A DNA stretch of 64,000 bases from assembly GCA_018396995.1 (NCBI GenBank), contig JAGTQB010000008.1, positions 132 to 64,131 of the forward strand, in the 5' to 3' direction. The notes under the pieces were generated by a model. The model did not search any database and was not told where the DNA came from. It saw only the letters and a program-made list of their open reading frames with translations. Source of the stretch: Candidatus Bathyarchaeota archaeon. Lineage in GTDB: Archaea > Thermoproteota > Bathyarchaeia > Bathyarchaeales > DTEX01. Below, piece by piece: positions 36,275 through 45,861 of the stretch. Each line of letters begins with the position of its first letter. The stretch's first letter is position 1. Made by a program: the position numbers and the translations under genes.

Positions 36275-37486
36275 TTACTCCATTTCAATTGTTGCCGGAG
36301 GTTTTGGTGTCACATCGTAATAAACTTCAGAGACACCTGGGCAGTTTTTAAGGATAAAATCAGCACACCTAATTAAGCAATCCCATGGAATCTCTGCAAC
36401 GTTGGCGGTTAAAAAGTCCTCTGTTCTAACAGCCCTTATAACTATTGAGTACTGCCCTCTGATGTTAGAGCACAAAATCAGGTATAGAACTCTTGTAATA
36501 GATGGGTTAGATTCAATAATGGCCTTTTGCATCTCTAGCAGATTGGCTAGTGGCGGCGTATATACTCCATTATTAAGACATTTCACGGCAACAATGTTGC
36601 CGTATCTCCGCTTACCCCCCTTAACTCCAGTAGCCTTATCGCTGAACATTCCTATTGAGACCCTATTAGGGTCTATACCAAGGAACTTGGCAGCAGTATC
36701 CCTAATTTTCTTAGTATTTGGGTTAGGCTTAAAGTTATTATCAAGTATGGCTGCAAAGTATTGACTTGGCTTGTAGGTAGCTAAATGTTCCTCAACAATA
36801 GCGGTAGCCTTCTTTAAAACCATAAGTTTATCCAGTCTAATCTCACCAACAACCCTGACGGAAAGCCCTGGCCCAGGAAAGGGTTGGCGCTCACTTATTT
36901 CTGGAGGAATCTTTAGGTAGCGGGCAACCTCTCTAACCTGCCACTTCACCAGGCTTGCAAGAGGCTCAACAACTTTGAAGCCATATAGTTCACGTGGATT
37001 TATACCTATCTGCTCTAAGACATTATGCTGGGTCTTTATTCCACCCTTAGTCTCAATTATATCTGCGAGAATAGTTCCCTGAATGAGGTATTCACATCCC
37101 TCTCTTCTGGCTATATCGCTTAAAACACTATAAAAAGTCTTTCTGAAGGCTTTACGCTTCTCCTCGGCTTCCCTAATACCAAAAAGGGCTTTAAAGAACG
37201 GCTCCTGAACCCGCTCAATCCTTACTGGAAGACTTAAGGGTTGTTTTGAGAGAACCTCAGCAACTCTCTCAGGTTCATCAAGTCTCATAAAGCCATCGTC
37301 GAGAAAAACGCAGAGAAGGTTATCACCTATAGCCATATGAGCTAATACAGCACAAGTTGAACTATCAACGCCTCCAGAAACAGCAACCAGCGCCTTACCA
37401 GTACCAATGACTCGCCTAATCTCATCAACTTGTCTCTCAACAAAAGACTTAGGATTAAAGGTTTCTGAACTCATTTTCTCCACCAT
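36275..37486 (-). CDS. guaA: GMP synthase, ATP-pyrophosphatase subunit (subunit B type), with extra insertions
   Basis: PP-loop VAVSGGVDSS, QPFPGPGLSVR and the C-terminal KPPATIEME signature. At 403 aa it appears longer than the roughly 300 aa I recall for archaeal subunit B. Confidence 0.8.
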   Translation of the reverse strand: MVEKMSSETFNPKSFVERQVDEIRRVIGTGKALVAVSGGVDSSTCAVLAHMAIGDNLLCVFLDDGFMRLDEPERVAEVLSKQPLSLPVRIERVQEPFFKALFGIREAEEKRKAFRKTFYSVLSDIARREGCEYLIQGTILADIIETKGGIKTQHNVLEQIGINPRELYGFKVVEPLASLVKWQVREVARYLKIPPEISERQPFPGPGLSVRVVGEIRLDKLMVLKKATAIVEEHLATYKPSQYFAAILDNNFKPNPNTKKIRDTAAKFLGIDPNRVSIGMFSDKATGVKGGKRRYGNIVAVKCLNNGVYTPPLANLLEMQKAIIESNPSITRVLYLILCSNIRGQYSIVIRAVRTEDFLTANVAEIPWDCLIRCADFILKNCPGVSEVYYDVTPKPPATIEME

Positions 37487-37686
37487 AGGAATTAATTAAT
37501 GCTAACGACATCATATAAAGTTAATCAGTAAGTATAAAACCAACGGGTATCTTAATAGAGAAGAACTAAAGTTAATTTGATTCATAATTTATTTTTTAAT
37601 ATATACCTCAATATACCTTATATAGGAAACGTATATTTATAAGATTGAACAAAAATATAACTCAACAATCAGTGGAAGTAATTTAG

Positions 37687-38142
37687 TTGGAAGAGTTTGT
37701 TAAAGTTCGGGTTTCTGGAGTTGCACAAGTTGATACACCATTTGGTCCAACACCAATTCTCTTGTTGGAAGATGATAGGGAGAGAGTTCTGGTCATAGCT
37801 GTTGGTGGTGTAGAGGCTTCATCGATAGCTCTTGCCTTAAGTGGAGTCCGCCCACCGGTACCTAATACACATGATTTCATGAAAGATATACTTGATGAAA
37901 TAAATATCAAGGTAAAGAGGGGTGAAATCTACGACATCCAGTCAAATAGGTTTTTAGCAAGGGTGATTCTTGAGAGTGGAAAAGGTGAGAGCACTATTAA
38001 TGGTAGGCCAAGTGATATTATAGCGCTCGCGGTCAGGTCTGGCGCGGACATTTATGTTACGGAGGACATTATGCAGAGAGCTTCTATAGAGAAGTCTGCA
38101 CTGTTAAAGGAGAAGGAAGAAGGCGAAGGTATAGAAGAGTAA
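37687..38142 (+). CDS. bifunctional nuclease (DUF151/BFN) domain protein
   Basis: PILLLEDDRERVLVIAVGGVEASSIALAL...THDFMKDIL...RPSDIIALAVRSGADIYV matches the BFN domain pattern. TTG start. Confidence 0.75.
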   Translation: MEEFVKVRVSGVAQVDTPFGPTPILLLEDDRERVLVIAVGGVEASSIALALSGVRPPVPNTHDFMKDILDEINIKVKRGEIYDIQSNRFLARVILESGKGESTINGRPSDIIALAVRSGADIYVTEDIMQRASIEKSALLKEKEEGEGIEE

Positions 38143-38358
38143 TCGTGCTTTCCCAGAATAATAATTTCTAATTAAAACATAAATGTCAAAAGATGCTGAA
38201 AACGTTAGTCTTTTTGCTAGCATAGTGTGGAATCCATATACAAATGTTTTTTAAAGTTTTTGAAGTAAGTGACTTTTATTGGCGAGCTTGAATCTAAAAT
38301 GTTCTTAAAATATGTGCTGTGCTAAGCATATTAAATAGTGCTGTTGGGGGTACCTTGA

Positions 38359-38502
38359 ATGAAGCTAGTTACAGTTTTGCTCCCAGAAGCTTATCTTGAG
38401 GGACTTGATGAACTCGTTAGGCAAAACATGTATCCCAGTAGAAGTGCTGCCATAAGAGCTGCGGTTAGAGACCTATTAAGACGCGAACTCTGGTCTAAAT
38501 AA
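38359..38502 (+). CDS. small ribbon-helix-helix (CopG-family) protein, paralog of the ftsZ-linked RHH
   Basis: Hand-translated 47 aa: MKLVTVLLPEAYLEGLDELVRQNMYPSRSAAIRAAVRDLLRRELWSK. It aligns along its whole length with the 6405-6572 product. Confidence 0.7.
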   Translation: MKLVTVLLPEAYLEGLDELVRQNMYPSRSAAIRAAVRDLLRRELWSK

Positions 38503-38548
38503 CAGCTGAAGGGAACAGTAATACTTAATTTTACTGGTCACAATAATT

Positions 38549-38634
38549 TAGATTGTAGCCGACCGATGAAGAAGCCCGTCGCTTGGGAAAAAATTATGAC
38601 TAATGGACGGACAGCTAAGGTCGGCTACAATCTA
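38549..38634. repeat. perfect 16-bp inverted repeat enclosing a 54-nt structured spacer (candidate sRNA, MITE-like element or bidirectional terminator)
   Basis: TAGATTGTAGCCGACC (38549-38564) and its exact reverse complement GGTCGGCTACAATCTA (38619-38634). An inner CCGTC/GACGG stem lies at 38576-38580/38606-38610. The right arm overlaps the stop codon of the downstream minus-strand gene. Confidence 0.6.
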
Positions 38635-39429
38635 GATTAATTTTTTGATCCTTTTAAGGGAGTTATTTATCCTATCTCTAATGATTTTTGCAGTTCTAGC
38701 TGGATTGTCGGCTTCAACTATAAGTCTCCCAACAATTAGATAATATGAGCCAGCTAGGATAGCTGTCTCAATATCTCCGCCCTGCACGCCTACCCCAGGA
38801 GAATATATTGGTATAGAGTCACCTAAAATTCCATAAATTTTTCTTATCTTTTCCGGATATGTAGCGCCAACTATGGCGCCGTCGGCATTCCATGAGAGGG
38901 CTTTTTTAGCAAAAATAATATATTGGGGCTCTACTCTCCCGGACGTTGGGTCATAAACGTTTTGTCCGTATCCCTCCCAGGCAGCCTTGTGGCTCATGTA
39001 TATTAGGAGTATGACCCCACGCCCCATTTTATCAGCGACCTCAAATATCGGTTGTAAGCCATCCTCCCACCCAACAAATGGGTTAGCGATTAAGGCATCA
39101 AACCCAGCCCTAAAATAATTTTCAGCTATTATGCGGTTTGTGCTCCCAATATCATTAGCCTTACAGTCAACTATTGTTGGGAGCTCTAGCTCCCTAGCCC
39201 TCTCAATAATCCTCTTAACACCATTAAAGAGACCTAGGGGTAGGATTAAGTGATGATTTATCTTTATGGCACATATATATTCGTGGACGCTCTCGATTAT
39301 AGACATGCTCCTTGAGAAGATCTTCTCAGGGTTTTCTTCAACAACATCGAGAGCCAAAATTAGCCTCGAATTTCTTTTTTTCTCAGATTTCTCCATTAAT
39401 AGCCTGAACTCCCTTGGCATCTTATTCAA
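38632..39429 (-). CDS. pyrF: orotidine 5'-phosphate decarboxylase-like (OMPdecase family TIM barrel)
   Basis: LILALDV near the N-terminus, DCKANDIGSTN (Lys-x-x-Asp-Ile-Gly-x-Thr pattern), and C-terminal IVGRLI. Confidence 0.65.
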   Translation of the reverse strand: MNKMPREFRLLMEKSEKKRNSRLILALDVVEENPEKIFSRSMSIIESVHEYICAIKINHHLILPLGLFNGVKRIIERARELELPTIVDCKANDIGSTNRIIAENYFRAGFDALIANPFVGWEDGLQPIFEVADKMGRGVILLIYMSHKAAWEGYGQNVYDPTSGRVEPQYIIFAKKALSWNADGAIVGATYPEKIRKIYGILGDSIPIYSPGVGVQGGDIETAILAGSYYLIVGRLIVEADNPARTAKIIRDRINNSLKRIKKLI

Positions 39430-40108
39430 CCTCTATAGACATGGATTTCCCGCCACAGAACCTTGTTATTAGATCAGTGGTTATGCTCATAGCCCTCTTT
39501 AATATATCTATTCCTATGCCCGGCGCCCCACAGAATATTATTATCGCCTTCCTGGTCGCTTCAGTTATTTTTGTCCGTTCAGAGTCCCTATGCGGGTATA
39601 TTGCAATTAAGCCAGCTTCGTCTGAGAGGACTATTTCGCAGCCACTCATAACAGCTGGTTTACTCATCCCTATTCCATAAAACTCCTCACCCTTACATGC
39701 ATACCTCAAAATAATTCTATCGCCAACGATCTTATCCGCATCAAAAGAGCCTATGGCAACCTCAGATTTAATTGAAGCTATGTTTAGAGAATCAACAAAA
39801 GTGTTAATGCTTGGCAACGGCTTACCCAGAAGAATCCTCCTTATCAGCGCCTCTGCAGCCGGTCTATTCTTAGTTGGGTCTATACCGATCCTCCAAAAGA
39901 AATCTCTATAGGCTCTAACGCTTAAGACCTCCTTCAGGGTCTCAATTTTATATTTGGATTTAACCTCTTCGACAACGCTTGCCTTAAGAGATTCTATTTC
40001 TGGATTCTTCATAGTGATCTTTAAACCCTCCATGAAGACTGCGAGAACTTTTAGATCCGGGAAAATCTCCTTAAGCTTCCTGTCAATTATTATGCGCATA
40101 CTTTTCAT
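39422..40108 (-). CDS. B3/B4 tRNA-binding domain protein (PheRS-beta B3/B4-like, COG3382-type)
   Basis: NRPAAEALIRRILLGKPLPSINTFVDSLNIASIKSEVAIGSFDADKI resembles stand-alone B3/B4 domain proteins. Confidence 0.6.
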   Translation of the reverse strand: MKSMRIIIDRKLKEIFPDLKVLAVFMEGLKITMKNPEIESLKASVVEEVKSKYKIETLKEVLSVRAYRDFFWRIGIDPTKNRPAAEALIRRILLGKPLPSINTFVDSLNIASIKSEVAIGSFDADKIVGDRIILRYACKGEEFYGIGMSKPAVMSGCEIVLSDEAGLIAIYPHRDSERTKITEATRKAIIIFCGAPGIGIDILKRAMSITTDLITRFCGGKSMSIEVE

Positions 40109-40132
40109 GCTCCTAGAGAGACAACCAAATGA

Positions 40133-41146
40133 TTATAGGATTGGTTCGGCAACAAAAATGTTATCTTTACTTGATATTATGCGGGCCTTTAACTTGGTTC
40201 CCACTGGAACCCCTTTAGCGTTTACGAGTGTTATGCTTCTCATCCGATTTAAGTCAACTGCCAATAGTTCGCCCTTAAGCCATCCTGGTCCAACAACCTC
40301 CACACGTATAACCTCATTGCGCCTATAGGGTATCGGCACACTCAACCGTTTATGTATTCCAAAGTCTTCTGGTCTTAAGACGAGTTTAACGCCGAACTCC
40401 ACTTCCCACTTCCTAAGACGACTATAAAACTCCCCCCACCCCATCGGTTTAACACCCTTAACCCTCCGCCCACGTTTATGCGCAAGATATTTTTGTATAC
40501 CTAGTGGAGGAAACTTCTTTCCAGCTCCCAAATCTATGGCGAGCTTAATAATCTTCACCATCTCAGAATCATTTACTCCGGGGACCCATACTGGCGCAAT
40601 AAGTAGATCAATTTTCGTATTTAAAACTGTATGACGCATTAACTCAACGATTCTTAACGGGTCATACCAGTCCGTCCCTGAGAGAAGACGGGCGAGTTTC
40701 ACATCGAGCGCATCTAACGAAATGTTTATTCTGGTTAGGCCTGCATCCGATAGTTCGTCAATAAGCTTCTCCGTTAGGGTTGATCCGTGAGTCTGCATGG
40801 AAATCACTTCGACACCCTCAATTTGGCTTAGGCCGGAGACTAGATCAACTATTCTTGGATATGTTATTGGGTCGCCAACGGTGTCTATATGAGCCTCAAT
40901 TCCTCGACAGCCTTTAAAAGCAACAATCTTTTTAAAGGCCTTTAGTAGGTAATCCACTGGCACAATATATTCCGTGAACCTAGACTTAGATGCTGGGCCA
41001 GCATCCGTTGAGCAAAATATGCATGAGAGCGGGCAGGTTGTTATTGGACGAACTTGAATAACATTTGTACCCCTATCAATTAGACCAAATGCAATACATC
41101 CTAAAAGCGGAATATCCTCTGATATCTCGAAAACCTCTCTAACCAT
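40133..41146 (-). CDS. radical SAM protein (COG2100-like) with C-terminal beta-rich domain
   Basis: CPLSCIFCS cluster motif near the N-terminus and a TIM-like body. The C-terminal ~80 aa (VIRVEVVGPGWLKGELLAVD...) is OB/TRAM-like. Confidence 0.7.
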   Translation of the reverse strand: MVREVFEISEDIPLLGCIAFGLIDRGTNVIQVRPITTCPLSCIFCSTDAGPASKSRFTEYIVPVDYLLKAFKKIVAFKGCRGIEAHIDTVGDPITYPRIVDLVSGLSQIEGVEVISMQTHGSTLTEKLIDELSDAGLTRINISLDALDVKLARLLSGTDWYDPLRIVELMRHTVLNTKIDLLIAPVWVPGVNDSEMVKIIKLAIDLGAGKKFPPLGIQKYLAHKRGRRVKGVKPMGWGEFYSRLRKWEVEFGVKLVLRPEDFGIHKRLSVPIPYRRNEVIRVEVVGPGWLKGELLAVDLNRMRSITLVNAKGVPVGTKLKARIISSKDNIFVAEPIL

Positions 41147-41233
41147 TTCTCTTCTCCGATGTTGTAATCCACTAAATTCTTAATTAAGCGAAGCAAACCT
41201 TTATCTTCTCTCCCAGAGAGAGTATTTTATGGC

Positions 41234-41851
41234 GTGATGAAATTGTTACTAGTTAAAGATTTAGAGTCTAAAATATCTCATCTTGAGGAGTTACTACAGA
41301 GTATTTCCAGAGAAATTTTGGCTAATGTTTTTTATGAGAGTGCTCCACCCTCAAAGCTCCTAGCAGACTCTGAAAGCTACTTGAATACATTGAAAAATAT
41401 TGCTGAGGAGATTAAGGATATCTTACTCATTCTTAGTCCTGAAAGGACGCCCTCTATAAAGAGAGAATTTAGAGGATTTATGCATCCAGTTAATGTCTTT
41501 ATTAAGGCTTTAAAGGAGACTGAGGGTACAGGGGTTTCATCGAAAGATACTCTTGAACACTTAAAGACGGCCATTAGGCAGGGCCAGGGCTTCTTAGAGT
41601 TGGCCAAAGATGTAGCGAAAAACCCGTCAAAGAGCATATCTGAGGTTTTAAGGTTGAAGGAGATGTCTGAGGCAAAGGATTACATTTCAAGAATATATGT
41701 GCCAGAAGCAGTTTACTTAAGACTCGAATACTTCAGGAGGAGTCTAGAGAGTTTTAAGGCGCATGTCTCAAGTCTTGAGCGATCTGCCAGGGAGCTACTA
41801 AAGTATATAAGTAAGATTGAGGAGGAAATCTCTAAGCTTCAGCGGCAGTGA
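41234..41851 (+). CDS. hypothetical helical protein
   Basis: 205-aa ORF, predicted all-helical, upstream of moaC. No family recognised. Confidence 0.45.
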   Translation: MMKLLLVKDLESKISHLEELLQSISREILANVFYESAPPSKLLADSESYLNTLKNIAEEIKDILLILSPERTPSIKREFRGFMHPVNVFIKALKETEGTGVSSKDTLEHLKTAIRQGQGFLELAKDVAKNPSKSISEVLRLKEMSEAKDYISRIYVPEAVYLRLEYFRRSLESFKAHVSSLERSARELLKYISKIEEEISKLQRQ

Positions 41852-41872
41852 TGGAGTGGTGATGTCTCTTTT

Positions 41873-42313
41873 ATGAGCATGGTTGATATAACCGCTAAGC
41901 CAGAGGTTTACCGCGAAGCCACGGCTGTCGGCAGGATAAAACTTAGGCCTGAAACGATTAAGTTGATTAGGGAGGGTCTCATCGAGAAGGGCGATCCAAT
42001 ATATACTGCGAAGATAGCTGGTATACTCGCAGCTAAAAATACCCCTGCACTTATACCCCTGTGCCACCCAATACCTATAACTAACGTTGATATTGATATA
42101 ATAATAATTGATGAAAGTACAATTGAGGTCTCTGCGACTGTTAGGTCTAGAGCCCAAACTGGTGTTGAAATGGAGGCGCTTGTTGCGGCTTCTATCGCAT
42201 TGCTAACTATCTGGGATATGGTCAAAAAGTATGAGAAGAATTCTGAAGGTCAATACCCGTATACATTGATCCAAGAAATACGTGTTATAAGAAAGGTGAA
42301 GGAGAAGGGATGA
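41873..42313 (+). CDS. moaC: cyclic pyranopterin monophosphate synthase accessory protein MoaC
   Basis: LIPLCHPIPIT and GVEMEAL motifs. Confidence 0.9.
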   Translation: MSMVDITAKPEVYREATAVGRIKLRPETIKLIREGLIEKGDPIYTAKIAGILAAKNTPALIPLCHPIPITNVDIDIIIIDESTIEVSATVRSRAQTGVEMEALVAASIALLTIWDMVKKYEKNSEGQYPYTLIQEIRVIRKVKEKG

Positions 42314-42840
42314 GTGAAACAACACTTAAGCATAAGGCTGAGGCACCTAAGAATTTAAACTTTGCAGTTATAACTTGTAGCACCTCAAGATATAAGGAAT
42401 ATATTGAGACTGGAAGATTAAACGATGAAACTGGAGATATAATAGTTAAAGTTCTTAAAGATAATGGTCACAAGGTTACTATGAGAAAGATAGTTTCAGA
42501 TGATAGGGAGCAGATTCAGAAGGCTGTTATGAGGGCTCTTAAATCACGTAAGGTTGACGTCATAATAACGTCCGGCGGGACGGGGCTGAGCCCAAAAGAT
42601 GTAACGATAGAGGCTCTCCGCCATTTATTTGAGAAAGAGATTCCTGGATTTGGCGAAATATTTAGGATGTTAAGTTATAGGGAGATTGGCTCAGCAGCAA
42701 TAATAACTAGGGCAATAGCTGGTGTTGCTATGGGAAAAGCCGTGTTCTGCCTACCCGGCTCTCCGCAAAGCGCTCTCCTCGCTCTCAAAGAGGTGATATT
42801 ACCGGAGGTTGGGCACATCATAAAGCATGTACGGGAGTAG
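42310..42840 (+). CDS. moaB: molybdenum cofactor biosynthesis protein B (MoaB/MogA family)
   Basis: ITSGGTGLSPKDVT and LPGSP motifs. 4-nt overlap with moaC. Confidence 0.85.
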   Translation: MSETTLKHKAEAPKNLNFAVITCSTSRYKEYIETGRLNDETGDIIVKVLKDNGHKVTMRKIVSDDREQIQKAVMRALKSRKVDVIITSGGTGLSPKDVTIEALRHLFEKEIPGFGEIFRMLSYREIGSAAIITRAIAGVAMGKAVFCLPGSPQSALLALKEVILPEVGHIIKHVRE

Positions 42841-42850
42841 CCTAGGTTCT

Positions 42851-44092
42851 TCAACCAGCCCTCTTCATTATGAATTCAATCATTTCATCAGTCAGGTTCA
42901 GCCACCTAGCTATCCTCTTGCCCATCTTCGGATTATTATGGAGTATTATCGTCAAATAGGGTAAAACCTCAACTATTGCACGTGAAGATGACAGGTGGCA
43001 CCTTTTCCCGATCCTTCTCCCGATCTCCTCAAGCATTTCCCTCTCCTCCTTAGTCGCCGATGCCGTCTTTACACGCTCAGGGAACTTAAATGGAACCCAA
43101 CCAGTAGCCTTCCTACTCCATGAGAAGGCAACACCCGCAGTCATCCAATCTATGATGTATCTTAAGAATGTGTAATCTCCTGTCTCCTTAAGCATCCCCC
43201 TATAAAGATCCGCCTTAGAAATAGCATCCATGGCCGCTGCGAGCTCTGGCGGATTCTTTATATGATATGGAATATTTTCATATATCCACTCAAGGAGCAT
43301 ATCTATATCTACATCAGCCATATTCACAGCCATCTTCGCGGATGTTGCACTCTTAGCGTAAAAGATCATTCTGAGAACATTAAATATCTCCTCCTTTCTA
43401 TCACGCGCAGCTAGCCAAGAGACATCATCATAGGTCAATCTATCTTTCCCTTGCGCAAGAGCCTGAAGATCAAGCACCGCCGACCTTACATCACCGCTAC
43501 TCCTCTCCGCAATAAATTTCAGGGCTTTCTCCTCCGCAATAATCCCCTCTTTAGCACATATCCTTGCCAAATGCTTCGTGACCTCTGTCACAGAAAGCCT
43601 CTTAAACTCCACTAAAAGGGATATGTTCCTCAGGGATGCAAACCTCGGGTCCCAGGCATCGTTCGCGATTAGGATGACGGGGATCCTGGTATTCTCTATG
43701 ACCCTTATTATCTCTGAGAGCCCACCAGTATCAGCCGTGCCAGTTATTCCGTCAATTTCATCAAAAACTATTAGTTTCTTTTTGCCGAAGAGTGAGCCCA
43801 GTTGAGAAGCTCTCCCAGCGAGACGTCTAACAGTCTCTTCTGTCCTGTACGTGCTTGCGTCAGTCATAATAATCTCCATGTTAAAGTCATTTGCCAGAGC
43901 CTCGACAGTCGCTGTTTTACCAATCCCCGGTGGGCCATAAATGAATAGAGCCTTCTTCTCTGGTACACCCTTCTCCCATGAGCGCAACCACTCAATTATC
44001 TTCTTTTTCGATTCCTCATTTCCTATGACCTCTGATAGAGACTTAGGTTTATACTTCAGTGTCCAGGGGACTGGTGGAGATTTAGAAGACAT
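42851..44092 (-). CDS. rfcL: replication factor C large subunit
   Basis: WTLKYKPKSL, Walker A GPPGIGKT, Walker B VFDEIDG, and SGDVRSA (SRC-like). Confidence 0.9.
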   Translation of the reverse strand: MSSKSPPVPWTLKYKPKSLSEVIGNEESKKKIIEWLRSWEKGVPEKKALFIYGPPGIGKTATVEALANDFNMEIIMTDASTYRTEETVRRLAGRASQLGSLFGKKKLIVFDEIDGITGTADTGGLSEIIRVIENTRIPVILIANDAWDPRFASLRNISLLVEFKRLSVTEVTKHLARICAKEGIIAEEKALKFIAERSSGDVRSAVLDLQALAQGKDRLTYDDVSWLAARDRKEEIFNVLRMIFYAKSATSAKMAVNMADVDIDMLLEWIYENIPYHIKNPPELAAAMDAISKADLYRGMLKETGDYTFLRYIIDWMTAGVAFSWSRKATGWVPFKFPERVKTASATKEEREMLEEIGRRIGKRCHLSSSRAIVEVLPYLTIILHNNPKMGKRIARWLNLTDEMIEFIMKRAG

Positions 44093-44106
44093 ATGCGTCG
44101 CCTAGC

Positions 44107-45087
44107 CTACCTAAGGCTCTTCTTCATCTCATATCCAGCTTCAACGAGCTTTGCAAGTAATGCGCTGAGCTGTATCTCCTCCGTTGCGCCCCTAACAAGT
44201 CTATAATCTACTTCACCAATAACATCTGCTAACTTAACTTTCCAATTGTCCGGGATATTTAGGCGAAATACTTCTCCGTGGAGCTGCCTTATTATGTCTG
44301 TTCCGGCAAGACCATATTTCCTTGTAAGCTCCCTCAGTTTATTCCTAGCGGCTATAAAGTCACCGTTTAGGGCGGTGAGCATCATGTCTCTAATTTCAGC
44401 TGGATTAGCCTTACCCACAACAGCATAAACTAAATCCGCTGTGACTGGCTTTCCCGTAGAGGCAGCTGTCTGAAGAATATTCAACGTCTTTCTAAGGTCT
44501 CCTCCAGCAAGCTCGATTATAGCCTCTATTCCATCATCCGTTATCTCAACCTTCTCCCTCTCACAAATGTATTTGATTCTATTGGCAACAGCTTCAGCTG
44601 GCAAGTAAGTGAACCTGAAGGGAGCGCATCTCGACTGTATTGGCTCAATTATTTTACCGCTATAATTAGCTATTAGGATGAAGCGAGCTGTCTCACTATA
44701 ACGCTCCATTGTCCGCCTCAGCGCCTGCTGGGCATCATCAGTCATATTGTCCGCTTCATCTAGAATCAGCAGCTTAAATGACACTTCTCCTATTGGCTTA
44801 GTCCTAGCAAATGTCTTAACCGTCTCCCTGATAACGTTTATGCCCCTTTCATCACTAGCATTAAGCTCCATAATATATTCACGGTAATTCTCTCCATAAA
44901 GGTCGTGCGCTAGGCAAAGGGCTGCTGTTGTCTTACCAGTTCCAGGAGGCCCGGCAAATATACAGTGTGGAACATTTTTCGCCTTAACGAAGCTTTTAAG
45001 TCTAGTAACTATTTCATCCTGATCAATCATTTCATCAAGTGTGTGCGGCCGATACTTTTCGGTCCATAGCTCGTAGCCCAAAATCAT
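44107..45087 (-). CDS. rfcS: replication factor C small subunit
   Basis: WTEKYRP, GPPGTGKTT, LDEADNMT, SRC and GDLRK motifs. The start is taken at the internal ATG (45087), because the upstream part of the track ORF contains a TTTATAAAAATA TATA-like box. Confidence 0.9.
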   Translation of the reverse strand: MILGYELWTEKYRPHTLDEMIDQDEIVTRLKSFVKAKNVPHCIFAGPPGTGKTTAALCLAHDLYGENYREYIMELNASDERGINVIRETVKTFARTKPIGEVSFKLLILDEADNMTDDAQQALRRTMERYSETARFILIANYSGKIIEPIQSRCAPFRFTYLPAEAVANRIKYICEREKVEITDDGIEAIIELAGGDLRKTLNILQTAASTGKPVTADLVYAVVGKANPAEIRDMMLTALNGDFIAARNKLRELTRKYGLAGTDIIRQLHGEVFRLNIPDNWKVKLADVIGEVDYRLVRGATEEIQLSALLAKLVEAGYEMKKSLR

Positions 45088-45145
45088 GCACCCTTTATTT
45101 TTATAAATCTCTTTAGTCGAATAAAAAATAGATGTACTCAAGCCT

Positions 45146-45769
45146 TTAAATTTTTAAGGAGGATTCTAGAAGAGATATCACGTAGAATTCAATTAGAGCG
45201 GCAATTAATAGGATTATTGAGCAGAGGACTACTAACTTAGATGCCGTGGTGAATTCTTCTCTGAAATTACGCTTAATTATGGAGTACGTTAAGAATATAC
45301 TCTCCGATATCGCCAGTGCATAAGAAATATATTCCATCCACGTGAAGGGAAAGAAGAAGAGAACAAGCATATTTAATCTCGGATCAAGCTCATTAACAAT
45401 ACTTATAGCGGCTATGACTTTCCCAGTGTTATATAGGACTGAGAAGCCCCATATAGGGCCGACGATTGGAGCAAACATTATTAGCGCATGCATAAAATTG
45501 TTGCCAAATATTGCCTGAAAACCAATGCTTCTTACAGCATTCTCTAAACTTTCTACCTCGTGGCTTAAGCTCCGCGCCTCACTAACCTCAATTTTAATGG
45601 ATGCTCCTATTGCTGTTACTGAAATACATAGAATCAGAAGGATTATGAAAGCAGCTACCCTAATACCTGAACTAATTGTCGGCGCAGGTATTGGAGCACC
45701 ACAGTTTGGACAGAATTTAACATTTCTCCCCCAGCTTATCTCCCAACCACACTTTTGACATTTAATCAT
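45146..45769 (-). CDS. zinc-ribbon membrane protein (SpoIIM/DUF95-like membrane domain)
   Basis: N-terminal CQKCG...CPNCG ribbon followed by about 5 TM helices. Confidence 0.55.
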   Translation of the reverse strand: MIKCQKCGWEISWGRNVKFCPNCGAPIPAPTISSGIRVAAFIILLILCISVTAIGASIKIEVSEARSLSHEVESLENAVRSIGFQAIFGNNFMHALIMFAPIVGPIWGFSVLYNTGKVIAAISIVNELDPRLNMLVLFFFPFTWMEYISYALAISESIFLTYSIIKRNFREEFTTASKLVVLCSIILLIAALIEFYVISLLESSLKI

Positions 45770-45861
45770 TTAGGTATCACGCAAAGCTTTATAGTAGCTT
45801 CTGCCCAAATATATGCATGACTAAGATTAACTTAAATATGCTGTTTTTTAGATTTATTTTT

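Noticed and set aside
38564-38618. The core of the 38549-38634 inverted repeat as a C/D box sRNA (CGATGAA ... CTAA with 12-nt spacings).
   Set aside because: Both D-type boxes are non-consensus (TTGG/TGGG and CTAA). The two would-be guides (GCCCGTC and GACGG) are complementary to each other, which indicates a stem rather than antisense guides.
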